DNA of 64,000 nucleotides from Spirochaetia bacterium (GCA_963693115.1 OY843750.1:1148680-1212679); one strand, 5' to 3'; counted from the first letter of the stretch, positions 1-10,560 are shown. Made by a program: numbers and translations. Notes: a model not told the origin generated them from the sequence alone.

Positions 1-699
1 GAGTCTTTACAGATACCGTTTCTTAATCTAAGTGTGCAAGAACCTCAAAACGGATCAGAAACGGCACTTGCCTTGCAATTGCTTTTCTTACTTACCGTTC
101 TTACCCTATCGCCTGCCATACTCATACTTATGACCTCTTTTCTTAGGATCAGTATAGTACTTTCATTCGTACAGCAGTCGCTGGGTCTACAAAATATACC
201 ACCACGTCAAATTATTCTTGGTATATCAGTATTTGTGACTATTTTTGTTATGTGGCCGGTACTCAATCAAATAAATACTGCGGCTATACAGCCACTTGCC
301 GAAGGCAAGACCACGCTTGAAGAAGCCTACCCAAATTTTATCGATCCTCTCAGGGTGTTCATGTATACACAAATGAAAGAGGAACCAAGGAATATTCAAC
401 TTTTTATGCGTCTTGCAAATCAAGTGGAGCCAGAAACCCTTGCCGATGTTCCTACCTTTGTACTTATTCCTGCCTATGTGTTACACGAATTAACTACCGC
501 ATTTAAAATGGGGGTACTCTTATTTGTTCCTTTTGTAGTAATTGATATAGTAGTTGCCTCAATTACTATGTCAATGGGTATGATCATGCTTCCTCCCATA
601 TTAATTTCACTGCCAATTAAGATTGGACTATTTGTCCTTGTAGATGGATGGGAACTGTTGATTCAACAGCTCATAATGAGCTATGGTGTATTTCGATGA
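1..699 (+). CDS. fliP: Flagellar type III export gate protein FliP (5' end lies outside the window)
   Basis: The frame is open from base 1, with no stop before the GTG at 34. It is a polytopic membrane protein with the FliP-like stretch LTSFLRISIVLSFVQQSLGLQNIPP. It is followed by fliQ and fliR. Confidence 0.9.
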   Translation, partial: ESLQIPFLNLSVQEPQNGSETALALQLLFLLTVLTLSPAILILMTSFLRISIVLSFVQQSLGLQNIPPRQIILGISVFVTIFVMWPVLNQINTAAIQPLAEGKTTLEEAYPNFIDPLRVFMYTQMKEEPRNIQLFMRLANQVEPETLADVPTFVLIPAYVLHELTTAFKMGVLLFVPFVVIDIVVASITMSMGMIMLPPILISLPIKIGLFVLVDGWELLIQQLIMSYGVFR

Positions 700-959
700 G
701 TATAGGTAGAATAGTTCAAATTGTTAATAATGGCGTAGTAGAGATATTCTTACTGGCTGGTCCCGCGCTCTTAGTAGCGCTTCTTATTGGTTTGCTTATA
801 GGAATTTTGCAAGCAGTGACTTCAATTCAAGAACAAACGCTCACATTTGTACCAAAGATTTTAGGAATACTAGGGCTCATGTTTGTTCTCGCTCCTTGGC
901 TTGTTTCGCAAGCGAGGGAATACACCCTGTTTTTTATTAATCTGATGTCAGAGCTATGA
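696..959 (+). CDS. fliQ: Flagellar export gate protein FliQ
   Basis: ATG 696 overlaps the fliP stop (ATGA). The product is an 87-aa two-TM protein (MSIGRIVQIVNNGVVEIFLLAGPALLVALLIGLLIGILQA...). The track ORF start at 648 would overlap fliP by 52 nt and is less likely. Confidence 0.85.
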   Translation: MSIGRIVQIVNNGVVEIFLLAGPALLVALLIGLLIGILQAVTSIQEQTLTFVPKILGILGLMFVLAPWLVSQAREYTLFFINLMSEL

Positions 960-1741
960 TATTTTCACCACTTGTTGATTCTTTTATTGTAATGTTACTC
1001 ATTTTTGTAAGAATATTTACTGTCATATTATTCATACCCTTACTCTCCAACCAAATGGTTCCCATTGTTGTTAAAGTAGCACTTGGTTTATTGTCAGCTA
1101 TGGCAGTTCAGCTTGTAATTGGGGAGAATTTTGTTGTATTACCAGACAGCCTGTTTGGATTCATTGCAGTGGTGGTAGGAGAAGCAATGATTGGGATAAC
1201 CATAGGGCTATTTGTACAGTTAGTATTTCTTAGTCTCAATATGTTTTCAGAGTTCTTTTCCACGCAAATAGGACTTCGTGCAGCACAGGTAGTAAATCCT
1301 CTTTCGGGTGTTGAAGTCGCTGTTTTACAACAATTAATCAACGTACTTGTAATACTCATATTTATTTCTTCGTTCACCTTACAAAAAATATTTTTTTATG
1401 GAATATATGGGAGCTATATTGCCCTTAATGCCTTTAGTTTTTTTTCTGAGTATTCGTCATTTGTCAGTTTTATCCTCAATAATTTTCTTGACCTTTTTAT
1501 GCGTTCTTTTCTCATTGCGGTTCCATTTTTGATAGTACTATCTTCTATTAATGTCGGACTGGGTCTTTTTGGAAGAGTTGCTCCACAGATAAACTTACTC
1601 ATCTTAGGAATTCCCATACAACTCATTGTTGGGTTCGCATTCTTATTTTTGGCAATGCCCTATGTGCTTGAACTTATAGATAATGTTTTTGATTCGTCCA
1701 TCATGACAATAAGGAATTTTTTACATGAAGCTAGCAAATGA
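956..1741 (+). CDS. fliR: Flagellar export gate protein FliR
   Basis: 261-aa polytopic membrane protein with an ATGA overlap onto fliQ. It sits in the canonical fliPQR-flhB position. Confidence 0.85.
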   Translation: MIFSPLVDSFIVMLLIFVRIFTVILFIPLLSNQMVPIVVKVALGLLSAMAVQLVIGENFVVLPDSLFGFIAVVVGEAMIGITIGLFVQLVFLSLNMFSEFFSTQIGLRAAQVVNPLSGVEVAVLQQLINVLVILIFISSFTLQKIFFYGIYGSYIALNAFSFFSEYSSFVSFILNNFLDLFMRSFLIAVPFLIVLSSINVGLGLFGRVAPQINLLILGIPIQLIVGFAFLFLAMPYVLELIDNVFDSSIMTIRNFLHEASK

Positions 1742-2906
1742 TGCGTATAGGGATCAACGAACATGCGATACTACCCTACAGAAAGAAGTGATCTTTGACA
1801 CTATGTGTCAAACGTCACTGCCAGAGCTCAACTTGCAATGGTTTGCTCCCGAAGATGAAGGGCGTACATTTGAACCTACTGAGCGAAAAATTGCAAAAGC
1901 ACGTGAAGAAGGAAGAGTTGCAAAAAGTAGTGATGTACCTATTGCACTTATTATTATAGGTGGGTCTCTTGTTATTCTTGGCTTTGGGAGGGTGATTGTA
2001 CACAATCTTTCTGAGTTATTTAGGATTTTTTTGGGGCACATACATACTGCCGATATAAGCCAGCCCGTGTACGCTATTGTTTTGCAAGGACTTTGGCCCG
2101 TGCTACTTCCCTTTTTACTGGTATCATTCTCTATTGCCATACTTGGTAACGTAGTGCAGTTTGGTTGGGCACCGAGTCTAAAGCCGATAACTCCCGATGT
2201 TTCGCGCATTAGCTTTAAACTAGGAAAATGGATTACTCGTATCTTTTCTACAAGAGGTTTATTTAGTCTGCTTCTGGCATTGGTAAAGTTGGTAGTTATC
2301 ATCGCAGTTATTTTTTTAGTGATGTCCGCTAACTTTAATAAAATTTTTTTTATTGCAGAGTCAACCCTGTTTAATGGATTATCGTATTGGGTTCAGATTA
2401 TCATGACAATAGTCTTGATCTGCGGAGCGGTTTTTTTGCTTATCTCTTATATAGACTATCAATTTCAGAATGCACAATTTAGGAGTGAATTAAAAATGAG
2501 TCGTGAAGAATTAAAAGAAGAGCTAAAAGAAAGTGAAGGGGATGCAGAAGTAAAAAAACGCATACGGCAACAACTCTCAGAGTTTCTTGCACGTAATCTC
2601 CCCGAAGATATTTCACGATCACAGGTAGTAATTACAAACCCTACGCACTTTGCAGTAGCACTACGCTATGTGGTGGGTGAAATGGACGCCCCCTTGGTGA
2701 CAGCCAAGGGAAGAGATCGAATCGCACTGAAGATGAAAGAGCTTGCAGTAGAGTCTGATGTTCCTATTGTTGAGAACAAACCCCTTGCCCGTGCGCTATA
2801 CGCCGAACTTGAAGTCGGTGATGAGATTCCAGAAGAATACTATCACGCGGTTGTCATTGTATTTAAAGAATTATTTGAGTCAAGGAGAATGACAGCACAT
2901 GTCTAG
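1725..2906 (+). CDS. flhB: Flagellar export switch protein FlhB
   Basis: N-terminal FAPEDEGRTFEPTERKIAKAREEGRVAKS, four TM segments, and the NPTH autocleavage motif (VVITNPTHFAVAL). ATG 1803 is an alternative, more canonical start. Confidence 0.9.
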   Translation: MKLANDAYRDQRTCDTTLQKEVIFDTMCQTSLPELNLQWFAPEDEGRTFEPTERKIAKAREEGRVAKSSDVPIALIIIGGSLVILGFGRVIVHNLSELFRIFLGHIHTADISQPVYAIVLQGLWPVLLPFLLVSFSIAILGNVVQFGWAPSLKPITPDVSRISFKLGKWITRIFSTRGLFSLLLALVKLVVIIAVIFLVMSANFNKIFFIAESTLFNGLSYWVQIIMTIVLICGAVFLLISYIDYQFQNAQFRSELKMSREELKEELKESEGDAEVKKRIRQQLSEFLARNLPEDISRSQVVITNPTHFAVALRYVVGEMDAPLVTAKGRDRIALKMKELAVESDVPIVENKPLARALYAELEVGDEIPEEYYHAVVIVFKELFESRRMTAHV

Positions 2907-5028
2907 AACATCATCATTTTTCAATGTACTGCTCAACGGAAGCAGGCGTGAGATATTTATTGCACTCATGGTCGTTTTAGTTATCATGATGCTCATCATA
3001 CCGATGCCTGCCTTCCTGCTTGATTTCTTTATATCTTTAAATTTGTTGCTCGCCGTGGTTGTTATACTTAATGTAATTTATATCAAGTCAGCATTAGAAT
3101 TCTCTGTGTTTCCTTCTTTGTTGCTACTATCAACTGTGTTTTCTTTGGCTTTGAACGTATCGTCAACACGACTTATTCTTTCTCAAGGAGAAGCGTTTAA
3201 TGGGCAAATTGTGCGTGCTTTTGGTCGTTTTGTTGTTGGAACCGAAGGTGTTACGGGAGTATTTATAGGCATAGTTATTTTTGCTATTGTAATTGCAGTG
3301 CAATTTATCGTTATTACCAAAGGTGCAACGCGTGTATCTGAAGTGAGTGCACGGTTTACGTTGGATGCGCTTCCCGGAAAACAAATGTCCATAGAAGCAG
3401 AGTTTAATTCGGGAGCAATTACCGAAGAAGAGCTTTTACAGCGGAGAAGAATGTTGCAACAAGAGGTTGATTTTTATGGCTCTATGGATGGTGCATCTAA
3501 ATTTGTTTCGGGTAATGTAAAAGCAGGAATTCTTATCACCTTTATTAATATCATCGGAGGATTAGCGATTGGCGTATTGCTCAGAGGCGAACAAATCGGT
3601 TCTGCTGCAATCACGTATGTCCAGCTCACTATTGGAGATGGTCTTGTCTCCCAGTTTCCCTCTTTGCTTATATCTACTGCCTCTGGTATTATCGTTACGA
3701 GAACCGCAACCGCCGGAAGTAACCTCGGAGATGAGCTCACTAAGGAATTTTCTAACTATAAGCGTATTTACGTAATAGCAGGAGGTTTACTAGTATTGCT
3801 AGGGTTTTTACCTGGGTTTCCTTGGTATTTACTTATACCACTTGGTGGCTTATTAATATTTGGCTCCTTATATTCAATTCGTTCTACAGAAAAAAAAGTA
3901 ATAGACCAAGAAGCACAAACAAGCGCCACAGAAAAATCGCACGTAGAAGCAGAGCAATTAGAACCACTAGATGCCATTTCCTTAGAAATAGGCTATGATC
4001 TTGTTCCTCTCGTTCAGTCGAGTGATGATAAGACAGAATTACTTAACAGAATATCGAGCATACGTCGTGAGCTTGGTGTTAAACTTGGTCTTGTAATACC
4101 CTTAGTTCGTATTCAAGATAACTATCTATTAAAACCCTCTGAGTATTCTATACATATATACGGTATTGAAGTGGGCAAAGGAACACTACGACCCAGTGGA
4201 TTTCTTGCCATACGGAGTACGGCACAAGAAGGCACCGAATTAGAGGGAGAACAAACAACAGATCCAGTATTTGGAATTCCAGCAATTTGGATACATAAGG
4301 ACAAAAGAGGGGAGGCTGAAAACAAGGGCTTTACCGTTGCAGATCCTGCGTCGATTATTGCAACACATCTCTCGAATGCTATAGAAGGGCATGCCTCACG
4401 ATTATTGTCACGCCAGGACTCGTCACGACTAATAGATAGCTGTAAAGAAAAAAGTCCTGCCCTTATTGAGGATCTTAAGGCTGCCCAAAATTTTTCTATA
4501 GGTATAGTACAATACGTGTTGAGGCGCTTACTAGAAGAAAAGATATCCATTCGCAATATAGAACAAATATTTGAGACTATGGGAGATTTGTTGAGACTTA
4601 CAAACGATAGAGAACTCATTACAGAAAAGGTACGGCAGTCACTCGGTAGGCAAATTTGCAATATGTACGCTGATGACGATATGATCATACACGGCATAGT
4701 GCTTGATCCGAGTGTAGAAGATGGGCTGATACGAGAGTCGCAGGGAAATGCTTCTTTATCGCAAGAGCAAAAAAATCATGTACTCCAAAAATTGCGCGAA
4801 GAAATAACGCACTTTTCGGATGATAAGGGAAGTTCGCCAGTACTCGTCGTTAGTGAAAAGGCACGGCCACTTCTTTTGTCATTTCTCAAGCGAAATATAA
4901 ACAAGAAGCATTATAGTATTCCTATCCTATCCGTCTTAGAGATAACCGAAGAATACACGCTTAAGATAACTACTTCTATCATGCTTGCTAATGTGACTAA
5001 CCAAGAAGGAGGTTTCGTACCGTCATGA
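2899..5028 (+). CDS. flhA: Flagellar export apparatus protein FlhA
   Basis: 709 aa, with an N-terminal multi-TM domain followed by a large cytoplasmic domain. It is in the flhB-flhA-flhF order and overlaps both neighbours. Confidence 0.92.
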   Translation: MSRTSSFFNVLLNGSRREIFIALMVVLVIMMLIIPMPAFLLDFFISLNLLLAVVVILNVIYIKSALEFSVFPSLLLLSTVFSLALNVSSTRLILSQGEAFNGQIVRAFGRFVVGTEGVTGVFIGIVIFAIVIAVQFIVITKGATRVSEVSARFTLDALPGKQMSIEAEFNSGAITEEELLQRRRMLQQEVDFYGSMDGASKFVSGNVKAGILITFINIIGGLAIGVLLRGEQIGSAAITYVQLTIGDGLVSQFPSLLISTASGIIVTRTATAGSNLGDELTKEFSNYKRIYVIAGGLLVLLGFLPGFPWYLLIPLGGLLIFGSLYSIRSTEKKVIDQEAQTSATEKSHVEAEQLEPLDAISLEIGYDLVPLVQSSDDKTELLNRISSIRRELGVKLGLVIPLVRIQDNYLLKPSEYSIHIYGIEVGKGTLRPSGFLAIRSTAQEGTELEGEQTTDPVFGIPAIWIHKDKRGEAENKGFTVADPASIIATHLSNAIEGHASRLLSRQDSSRLIDSCKEKSPALIEDLKAAQNFSIGIVQYVLRRLLEEKISIRNIEQIFETMGDLLRLTNDRELITEKVRQSLGRQICNMYADDDMIIHGIVLDPSVEDGLIRESQGNASLSQEQKNHVLQKLREEITHFSDDKGSSPVLVVSEKARPLLLSFLKRNINKKHYSIPILSVLEITEEYTLKITTSIMLANVTNQEGGFVPS

Positions 5029-6083
5029 GTGTTTTTACAGAAGAATTTCCTCTCAATCAAGAAAGTGAAATAGAAACGCTTCTCAGAAAAAAACATGGCG
5101 ATGTTGTGATTATGGAACGAAAACGGATATATCCGATTTGGTTCTTGAGCAAGCCTCGTGTGCGCATTGTTGGGTATAGCAAAGGGCAAGATTCTCGTAA
5201 GACCTTAGACAGCATTACTCAAAAAATTGATTCTCTACAAACCCAGCTAACATTTGGGCAACATAAGAGTAATCCAGACTCAAGCATAGCACTCATAGAA
5301 GATGACCTTAGATCGATGGGGTTTAGCCAGAGCTATATTTCTGATGCCCTACAATTTTTTAAGCAGACAATGACGGTTTCTCAGATACACGAATACGAAA
5401 CTCTCCAGAGTGTCTGCCATGAACGTTTTAGAAAACAAGTTCATGCTTTGATGACACCAATTGACTGGAATGTTGCCAGAGGAATTTTCGTGTTTGGGAA
5501 TACGGGTGTAGGTAAGACATCAATACTCTCTAAAATCGCAATAGCAATTCGCAAACATGAATTTGAGACTCTACGTGATGTCAGTCTTGTCTTTGTTAAC
5601 CATGATACTTATAAAATTGGCGCAATGGAACAGATAGAAAGCATAGCAACATTGCTTGAATCGCAATGTATGGCCTGTGCTACCAAAGAAGACATAGCGC
5701 ATATTCTAAGAGAAAGAAAGCGTACTCGTTACTTGCTTATCGATTCACCAGGGGCAAACCCACATTCACTAGACCTGCTTGGTTCTTTACAATCGTATAA
5801 AGATGAAAAAAAGATACTACGCTTTCTCGTCCTTTCTGCTGGCGCCTCAGCAGATGAGGTGCGCTTTGCAATACGTCAGTATGAATGCTTGCGTCCCGAT
5901 GCGGTGTTTATAACTAAGTGCGACGAAGTAATTAATTGTGCACCCGTTATGGCTGCTTGTATTGAACATGGTATGCCAATTGCATATATTAGCACTTCGC
6001 CAAGTTTTACTAAAGGCCTCGAAAAAATAGCCGAAGACAAGATTTTAGATGTTTTATCACAAAAATGGAAAAAAAGGAAGTAA
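5025..6083 (+). CDS. flhF: Flagellar biosynthesis SRP-type GTPase FlhF
   Basis: GTPase motifs GNTGVGKTS (G1), DSPG (G3) and TKCDE (G4). ATGA overlap with flhA. Confidence 0.85.
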   Translation: MSVFTEEFPLNQESEIETLLRKKHGDVVIMERKRIYPIWFLSKPRVRIVGYSKGQDSRKTLDSITQKIDSLQTQLTFGQHKSNPDSSIALIEDDLRSMGFSQSYISDALQFFKQTMTVSQIHEYETLQSVCHERFRKQVHALMTPIDWNVARGIFVFGNTGVGKTSILSKIAIAIRKHEFETLRDVSLVFVNHDTYKIGAMEQIESIATLLESQCMACATKEDIAHILRERKRTRYLLIDSPGANPHSLDLLGSLQSYKDEKKILRFLVLSAGASADEVRFAIRQYECLRPDAVFITKCDEVINCAPVMAACIEHGMPIAYISTSPSFTKGLEKIAEDKILDVLSQKWKKRK

Positions 6084-6089
6084 ACTACT

Positions 6090-6938
6090 ATGGCTCATGA
6101 CACAGTAAATTATCAAGTACAAAGTGGAAACACGAGAGTTTTAGCAATTACAAGTGGAAAAGGTGGTGTAGGAAAGACTAATTTTGCAACCAATCTTAGT
6201 ATATTTCTCTCTTCTCTTGGAAAACAGGTCGTCTTATTTGATGGCGATCTTGGGCTTTCGAATGTAAACATACTACTCAAAGTGATTCCCAAATACAATC
6301 TCATTGATGTAATGCGAAAAAACAAGCAAATGACTGAAGTACTCACTGACTCCGGCTATGGATTTCATTTGATTAGTGGTAGTCCGGGATATTCAGGCTT
6401 GGCTGATATCTCGCATAAAACCATGAGATATTTTATCGATGAGATGATGCTTCTCTCGTTTGCAAATTTTATTATTATTGATACTAGTGCGGGTATAGGA
6501 AGCGATGTTACCTCGTTTCTGACTGCATCAAACGATATTATCATCATTACTACCCCAGAACCAACTGCTCTCGCTGATGCTTTTGGTATTATAAAGGTGC
6601 TATCAACAGAAAACGATATACGCGACATACAAGTGCATTTTGTGGTCAATAAAGCTAGTTCGTTCCAGGAAGGAAAAGATGTTGCGTCACGAATTAGCCA
6701 AGCCTGCCATAATATACTTGGCCTAAAGATCAATTATCTCGGATGTATACTGAATGACTCCATAGTTGCCAAGTCGGTTATGCATCAGGTCCCTTTTTTA
6801 CACTTTGCGCCTCATTCTAAGGCCTCCTCTAATCTCAAAGCGATTGGTAATAGACTAATCAATCGAGATGATAATCGATCAAGAGGGCTCGTTCGTTTTT
6901 TGCAGAAAATGATATCCTCCAGTGGTTCTAGTACATGA
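6090..6938 (+). CDS. flhG: MinD/ParA-type ATPase FlhG (YlxH/FleN)
   Basis: Deviant Walker A motif SGKGGVGKT and an amphipathic C-terminal tail (GLVRFLQKMI). It lies immediately after flhF. Confidence 0.85.
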   Translation: MAHDTVNYQVQSGNTRVLAITSGKGGVGKTNFATNLSIFLSSLGKQVVLFDGDLGLSNVNILLKVIPKYNLIDVMRKNKQMTEVLTDSGYGFHLISGSPGYSGLADISHKTMRYFIDEMMLLSFANFIIIDTSAGIGSDVTSFLTASNDIIIITTPEPTALADAFGIIKVLSTENDIRDIQVHFVVNKASSFQEGKDVASRISQACHNILGLKINYLGCILNDSIVAKSVMHQVPFLHFAPHSKASSNLKAIGNRLINRDDNRSRGLVRFLQKMISSSGSST

Positions 6939-7555
6939 TTTATATATACATATATTCAATAACAACAGGAGTTTTAGTGTTTGTACTTCGACTGATCCGT
7001 GGAGCGAATGTATTTGTTGCACTTATCATTGCTCTTGTTGTGGGTACGGGACTTTTTTTCTTGGGAAAAGTTATCTTTGAGTACCTCAGGGCAGTGCTTC
7101 TCACAAATGAAGAAATTGACATAAAAAAATCAGAGCAGAGAGGCGAGCATTCTACAAAATTTGGTGCTTTTTCCGAAGGAGTAAGGAGTGTTTTTGATGA
7201 TGCAAAAGAACCCGGTGAAGAAAATGAAACGCTACAAAGCGACGAAGATGACGAGAATGGCAGTACTGATGATGATGTTGGAGTATACTCTAAAGGAAAA
7301 ATTAGCAAAATTCATCAAACGTATCAGGCTCATACGGGTATAGATAAAAAAAAAGTAAATACACATAATTTAAAAAATGATACTATTAACTATGTGGAAG
7401 ATAAAGAAGCCGAATGGGCGAAAAATATCGCACAGAAAAACAAAAGACATTCTGATGTGTCTACAAGGCTTGATACTGAAGAAATTATTGAGAAAGCTAC
7501 ACGAAATCCAGAAGCTGTCAAGTACGCCATAAGAAAATGGTCGGGCGGCAGTTGA
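6935..7555 (+). CDS. Hypothetical membrane-anchored acidic protein (flagellar operon member)
   Basis: 206 aa with two N-terminal hydrophobic segments and then a D/E/K-rich tail. ATGA overlap with flhG. No family recognised. Confidence 0.55.
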   Translation: MIYIYIYSITTGVLVFVLRLIRGANVFVALIIALVVGTGLFFLGKVIFEYLRAVLLTNEEIDIKKSEQRGEHSTKFGAFSEGVRSVFDDAKEPGEENETLQSDEDDENGSTDDDVGVYSKGKISKIHQTYQAHTGIDKKKVNTHNLKNDTINYVEDKEAEWAKNIAQKNKRHSDVSTRLDTEEIIEKATRNPEAVKYAIRKWSGGS

Positions 7556-7571
7556 TAATATTGAGGTAATA

Positions 7572-8348
7572 GTGGAAGAAGATGAGGTAAAACTCTGGAA
7601 AGAGTACGCCACAACCAAAGACATTGACATACGAAATCAGCTCGTGGAAAAATATGCCCCACTGGTAAAATACGTTGCCGGTAATCTTTTTCAGAGCATG
7701 CCAAAATCTGTCGAGTTTGATGACCTGGTTAGTGCCGGAATTTTTGGTTTATTTGATGCAATAGAAAAATTTGATGTCGATGTTAAAGTAAAGTTTAAAA
7801 CGTATGCAATTACTCGTATACAAGGAGCAATACGGGACGAATTGAGGGCACACGATCCCTTGCCACGTTCTGTTCGTCAAAAAATTAGAGAAATCGAACT
7901 TGTTACTAACAGTCTGCAGGCACAACTTGGAAGAGCTCCTCGAACGCAAGAAATTCTAGATGAAATGAGTATAAGCGAAGAGCAGTATGATAAAATTATG
8001 ACCTATGTGAGTCAAGCCTACGTACTTTCACTTAACAATGTGCTTTTTTCAAATAGTGATGGAGAACAAATTACTTATTTTGATCAAATTGGAACTGCAC
8101 TTGACGATTCTCCTCAAGAAGCCTTTGCTCAAAAAGATCTTGTGAGGGTACTAAAAAAAGCCATACGTGAGCTACCACCGCGCGAACTGCAAGTGCTCAT
8201 ACTCTACTATCACGATGAGCTTACCCTTAAAGAGATTGGGCGTGTACTGGATATAACTGAGTCGCGTATTTCACAACTGCATGGGCGAGCACTTACAAAA
8301 TTGCGTGCAAAGCTTTTTAGCCAACGGAAAGGAGCCTTTGAAAAATGA
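7572..8348 (+). CDS. fliA: Flagellar sigma factor sigma-28 (FliA/WhiG)
   Basis: GTG start with GAGG 6 nt upstream. Contains sigma-70 family regions 2-4 (YAITRIQGAIRDELR; LTLKEIGRVLDITESRISQLHGRAL). Located in the flagellar operon. Confidence 0.88.
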   Translation: MEEDEVKLWKEYATTKDIDIRNQLVEKYAPLVKYVAGNLFQSMPKSVEFDDLVSAGIFGLFDAIEKFDVDVKVKFKTYAITRIQGAIRDELRAHDPLPRSVRQKIREIELVTNSLQAQLGRAPRTQEILDEMSISEEQYDKIMTYVSQAYVLSLNNVLFSNSDGEQITYFDQIGTALDDSPQEAFAQKDLVRVLKKAIRELPPRELQVLILYYHDELTLKEIGRVLDITESRISQLHGRALTKLRAKLFSQRKGAFEK

Positions 8349-10258
8349 TTAGCTATGCTGTGCTACGCGAAAGGCTCGTGCAAAAAGTACAGCAGATTGT
8401 TCCTGAGACTGTATTTCGTTTTAAAGCCAGTACTTCAGAAGAAGTAATCAATCGTTCTGAAAAATTTTTTAATATGTCGTCTTCTGATCTCGTATACGAA
8501 GTTGAAGACATAAAAATTAAGTCGGGATTGCTCAGCAAAAAAGAATTTATTCTTCTTGCTTATCCAAAGGATAGGCATTTGTTTGGAGTTAGCCCGCGTA
8601 TATCGAGCAATGCCTCCAAAAAAAAATTCTTTGTTCGTGGAGATGCTGGGCGTCTTTTGATAAAGGTTCCCTCTTCTATAAACCAAAAAATCACTGTAGA
8701 TGAGATACAGTCTCAAGCAAGAGAAATGCACCCCGAAGTAACAATGGAACCAAAAGAAATAAAGCGTGCTATCAAACAACAATCTAATGAATGGATTGAA
8801 GTCGGTAGCTACGCCTACGACTTTTTTCAGGATGCAAGTTACGAACTTAGGGTTGGTGATGATAATCTTAAAGCGTTTATTAAAGCAAAGAAAGCAGGAA
8901 CAGGGGGATCAGATCCCTCTTCTAACGACATCATAAAATACCTCAAATCTGAAGGAATCGTATACGGTATACGCGAAGACCTACTCGGTGAATTTGAAAA
9001 AGCTCCAATCTATAATCAATGGGTTGAAGTTGCAACAGGTACCCACGCAGTAAAAGGAACAGATGCATATATTGAATTACTGGATACACCCTCATTTTCG
9101 TTGCAGAGAAAAAGGAAACAAAAAAACAATTTTGTGTCGCATGCTCAGTCAGTCCAGACGGTAAAAAAAGGAGAGACATTTGCACGCATTGTGCCCGAAA
9201 CGAGTGGTGTAGAAGGTAAGACGCTTTACGGACTCACCATTTTTCCAGAGGCAACCAAGGGAATGAACTTGGTTGCTGGCAAGCATGTCAAGCTCTCTGA
9301 CGATGGGCAACTTGCAATTGCGCTGGAAGGTGGATCAGTTGTCATAAAAGACAATAGAGTTGATATTGATGAACTGCTTATTGTGGATGGCGATCTCGCT
9401 AAGTCAGAAAAAGCCTTTACGTTTCCAGGTACTGTCATTATTAAGGGTGATGTACTCGATGATTGTGAGGTAGACGTAAAAGGTAATATGCAGGTTGAAG
9501 GAAACGTATATGGTGCGAACATAAAGATTGGTGGGTCACTCCTAGTTGAGCATGGTATTATTGGTAAGGGAAAAGCTCAGATAAACACTCAATACAGTGT
9601 TTCTGCTAAATTTGTAGAAAACTCTACTGTGACATCAGGAGAAAATTGCCATGTCACTGATGGGCTTTTAAATTCAACCATTATAGCCAGCAAGACAATT
9701 TTTATTAATGAAGGAAAAGGTCTAGTGAGCAACAGTAGTTTATACGCACAAGTTTCTATCATCATAAAAGATGTGCATTCTCATTCGGCAGCAGGATCTT
9801 CTTTAAATATCGTTTCTTTTCCAGAGCACAGAGTCAAGATTACTGCTCTTGAGAAAACGCTTACCGACAAACGCAGTGAATTTGCTCGCATACAGAATTT
9901 TCTTGGTCAGTATACTTCGCCTCAAGAATTTAAAAAATTAGAAGAGAATATGCAAAACAAAGTAGAAAAAGAATTTAAAAAACTTGTTGGACTCAAAGAA
10001 GAAATAGAAACAAAGCAAAAGAGCTTAAACAAGATGAAGGAGCTTTTAAAGCGTATAAAAACTGATGGGAAGATAGTAATAATGAACAGTGTTGATGCAA
10101 ATACTACGGTAGTCATCAATGAAACATCACAAGTGCTTAAATCAGACCTGATGAATGTAGTATTTTATTTAAATGATGATACCCTCGCATATAGAAATCT
10201 CAACGAACGTCTTGATGTTATTGACCTAAAACATATTATTGATCAACATAAGGTATGA
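8345..10258 (+). CDS. DUF342/FapA-like flagellar-associated protein
   Basis: 637 aa. It has a beta-helix-like degenerate repeat zone (VKGNMQVEGNVYGANIKIGGSLLVEHGIIGKG...) followed by a coiled coil (KKLEENMQNKVEKEFKKLVGLKEEIETKQKSL). As I recall, DUF342 genes sit after fliA in Treponema. Confidence 0.6.
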   Translation: MISYAVLRERLVQKVQQIVPETVFRFKASTSEEVINRSEKFFNMSSSDLVYEVEDIKIKSGLLSKKEFILLAYPKDRHLFGVSPRISSNASKKKFFVRGDAGRLLIKVPSSINQKITVDEIQSQAREMHPEVTMEPKEIKRAIKQQSNEWIEVGSYAYDFFQDASYELRVGDDNLKAFIKAKKAGTGGSDPSSNDIIKYLKSEGIVYGIREDLLGEFEKAPIYNQWVEVATGTHAVKGTDAYIELLDTPSFSLQRKRKQKNNFVSHAQSVQTVKKGETFARIVPETSGVEGKTLYGLTIFPEATKGMNLVAGKHVKLSDDGQLAIALEGGSVVIKDNRVDIDELLIVDGDLAKSEKAFTFPGTVIIKGDVLDDCEVDVKGNMQVEGNVYGANIKIGGSLLVEHGIIGKGKAQINTQYSVSAKFVENSTVTSGENCHVTDGLLNSTIIASKTIFINEGKGLVSNSSLYAQVSIIIKDVHSHSAAGSSLNIVSFPEHRVKITALEKTLTDKRSEFARIQNFLGQYTSPQEFKKLEENMQNKVEKEFKKLVGLKEEIETKQKSLNKMKELLKRIKTDGKIVIMNSVDANTTVVINETSQVLKSDLMNVVFYLNDDTLAYRNLNERLDVIDLKHIIDQHKV

Positions 10259-10560
10259 GTAGCTATAGCAATTCTTTGCAATCAATTTTAGTAAATTCTA
10301 GCAATATCTCAAAAGAACAAGATCGCACCCGAAAGTCAAGCGAGTCAATAAATGAGCATGCAAGTAATGTAGTCAAAAATGTTCAGCGACTTCAAGAAGA
10401 GTCGGTTGTTGGGACACAAGAACAAAATGATTCATCGAGGGTTAAGGACGATGAAGAGCGTATGCACGTACAAAAAAGAAAAAAGAAAGAAGACGAGCCA
10501 ACAAAAAATACTTTCATTAAAGATGATAAACTAGGGACAGTGCTTGATATTTCCTGTTAA
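10255..10560 (+). CDS. Hypothetical small charged protein
   Basis: 101 aa, S/E/K-rich, with an ATGA overlap onto the upstream gene. No family recognised; it does not look like FlgM at its C-terminus. Confidence 0.4.
   Translation: MSSYSNSLQSILVNSSNISKEQDRTRKSSESINEHASNVVKNVQRLQEESVVGTQEQNDSSRVKDDEERMHVQKRKKKEDEPTKNTFIKDDKLGTVLDISC

Noticed and set aside
1108-9522. Numerous 60-190-aa antisense or out-of-frame ORFs inside fliR, flhB, flhA (for example 4122-4697), flhG, fliA and the DUF342 gene. There are similar ones inside flgK (23301-23852), secA, dnaB and tsf (46692-47201), and in L9 and the adjacent gap (37619-38176).
   Set aside because: All are embedded in genes with strong family motifs on the other frame or strand. 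Their products are low-complexity or Cys/Ser-rich with no recognisable motif and no start signals.
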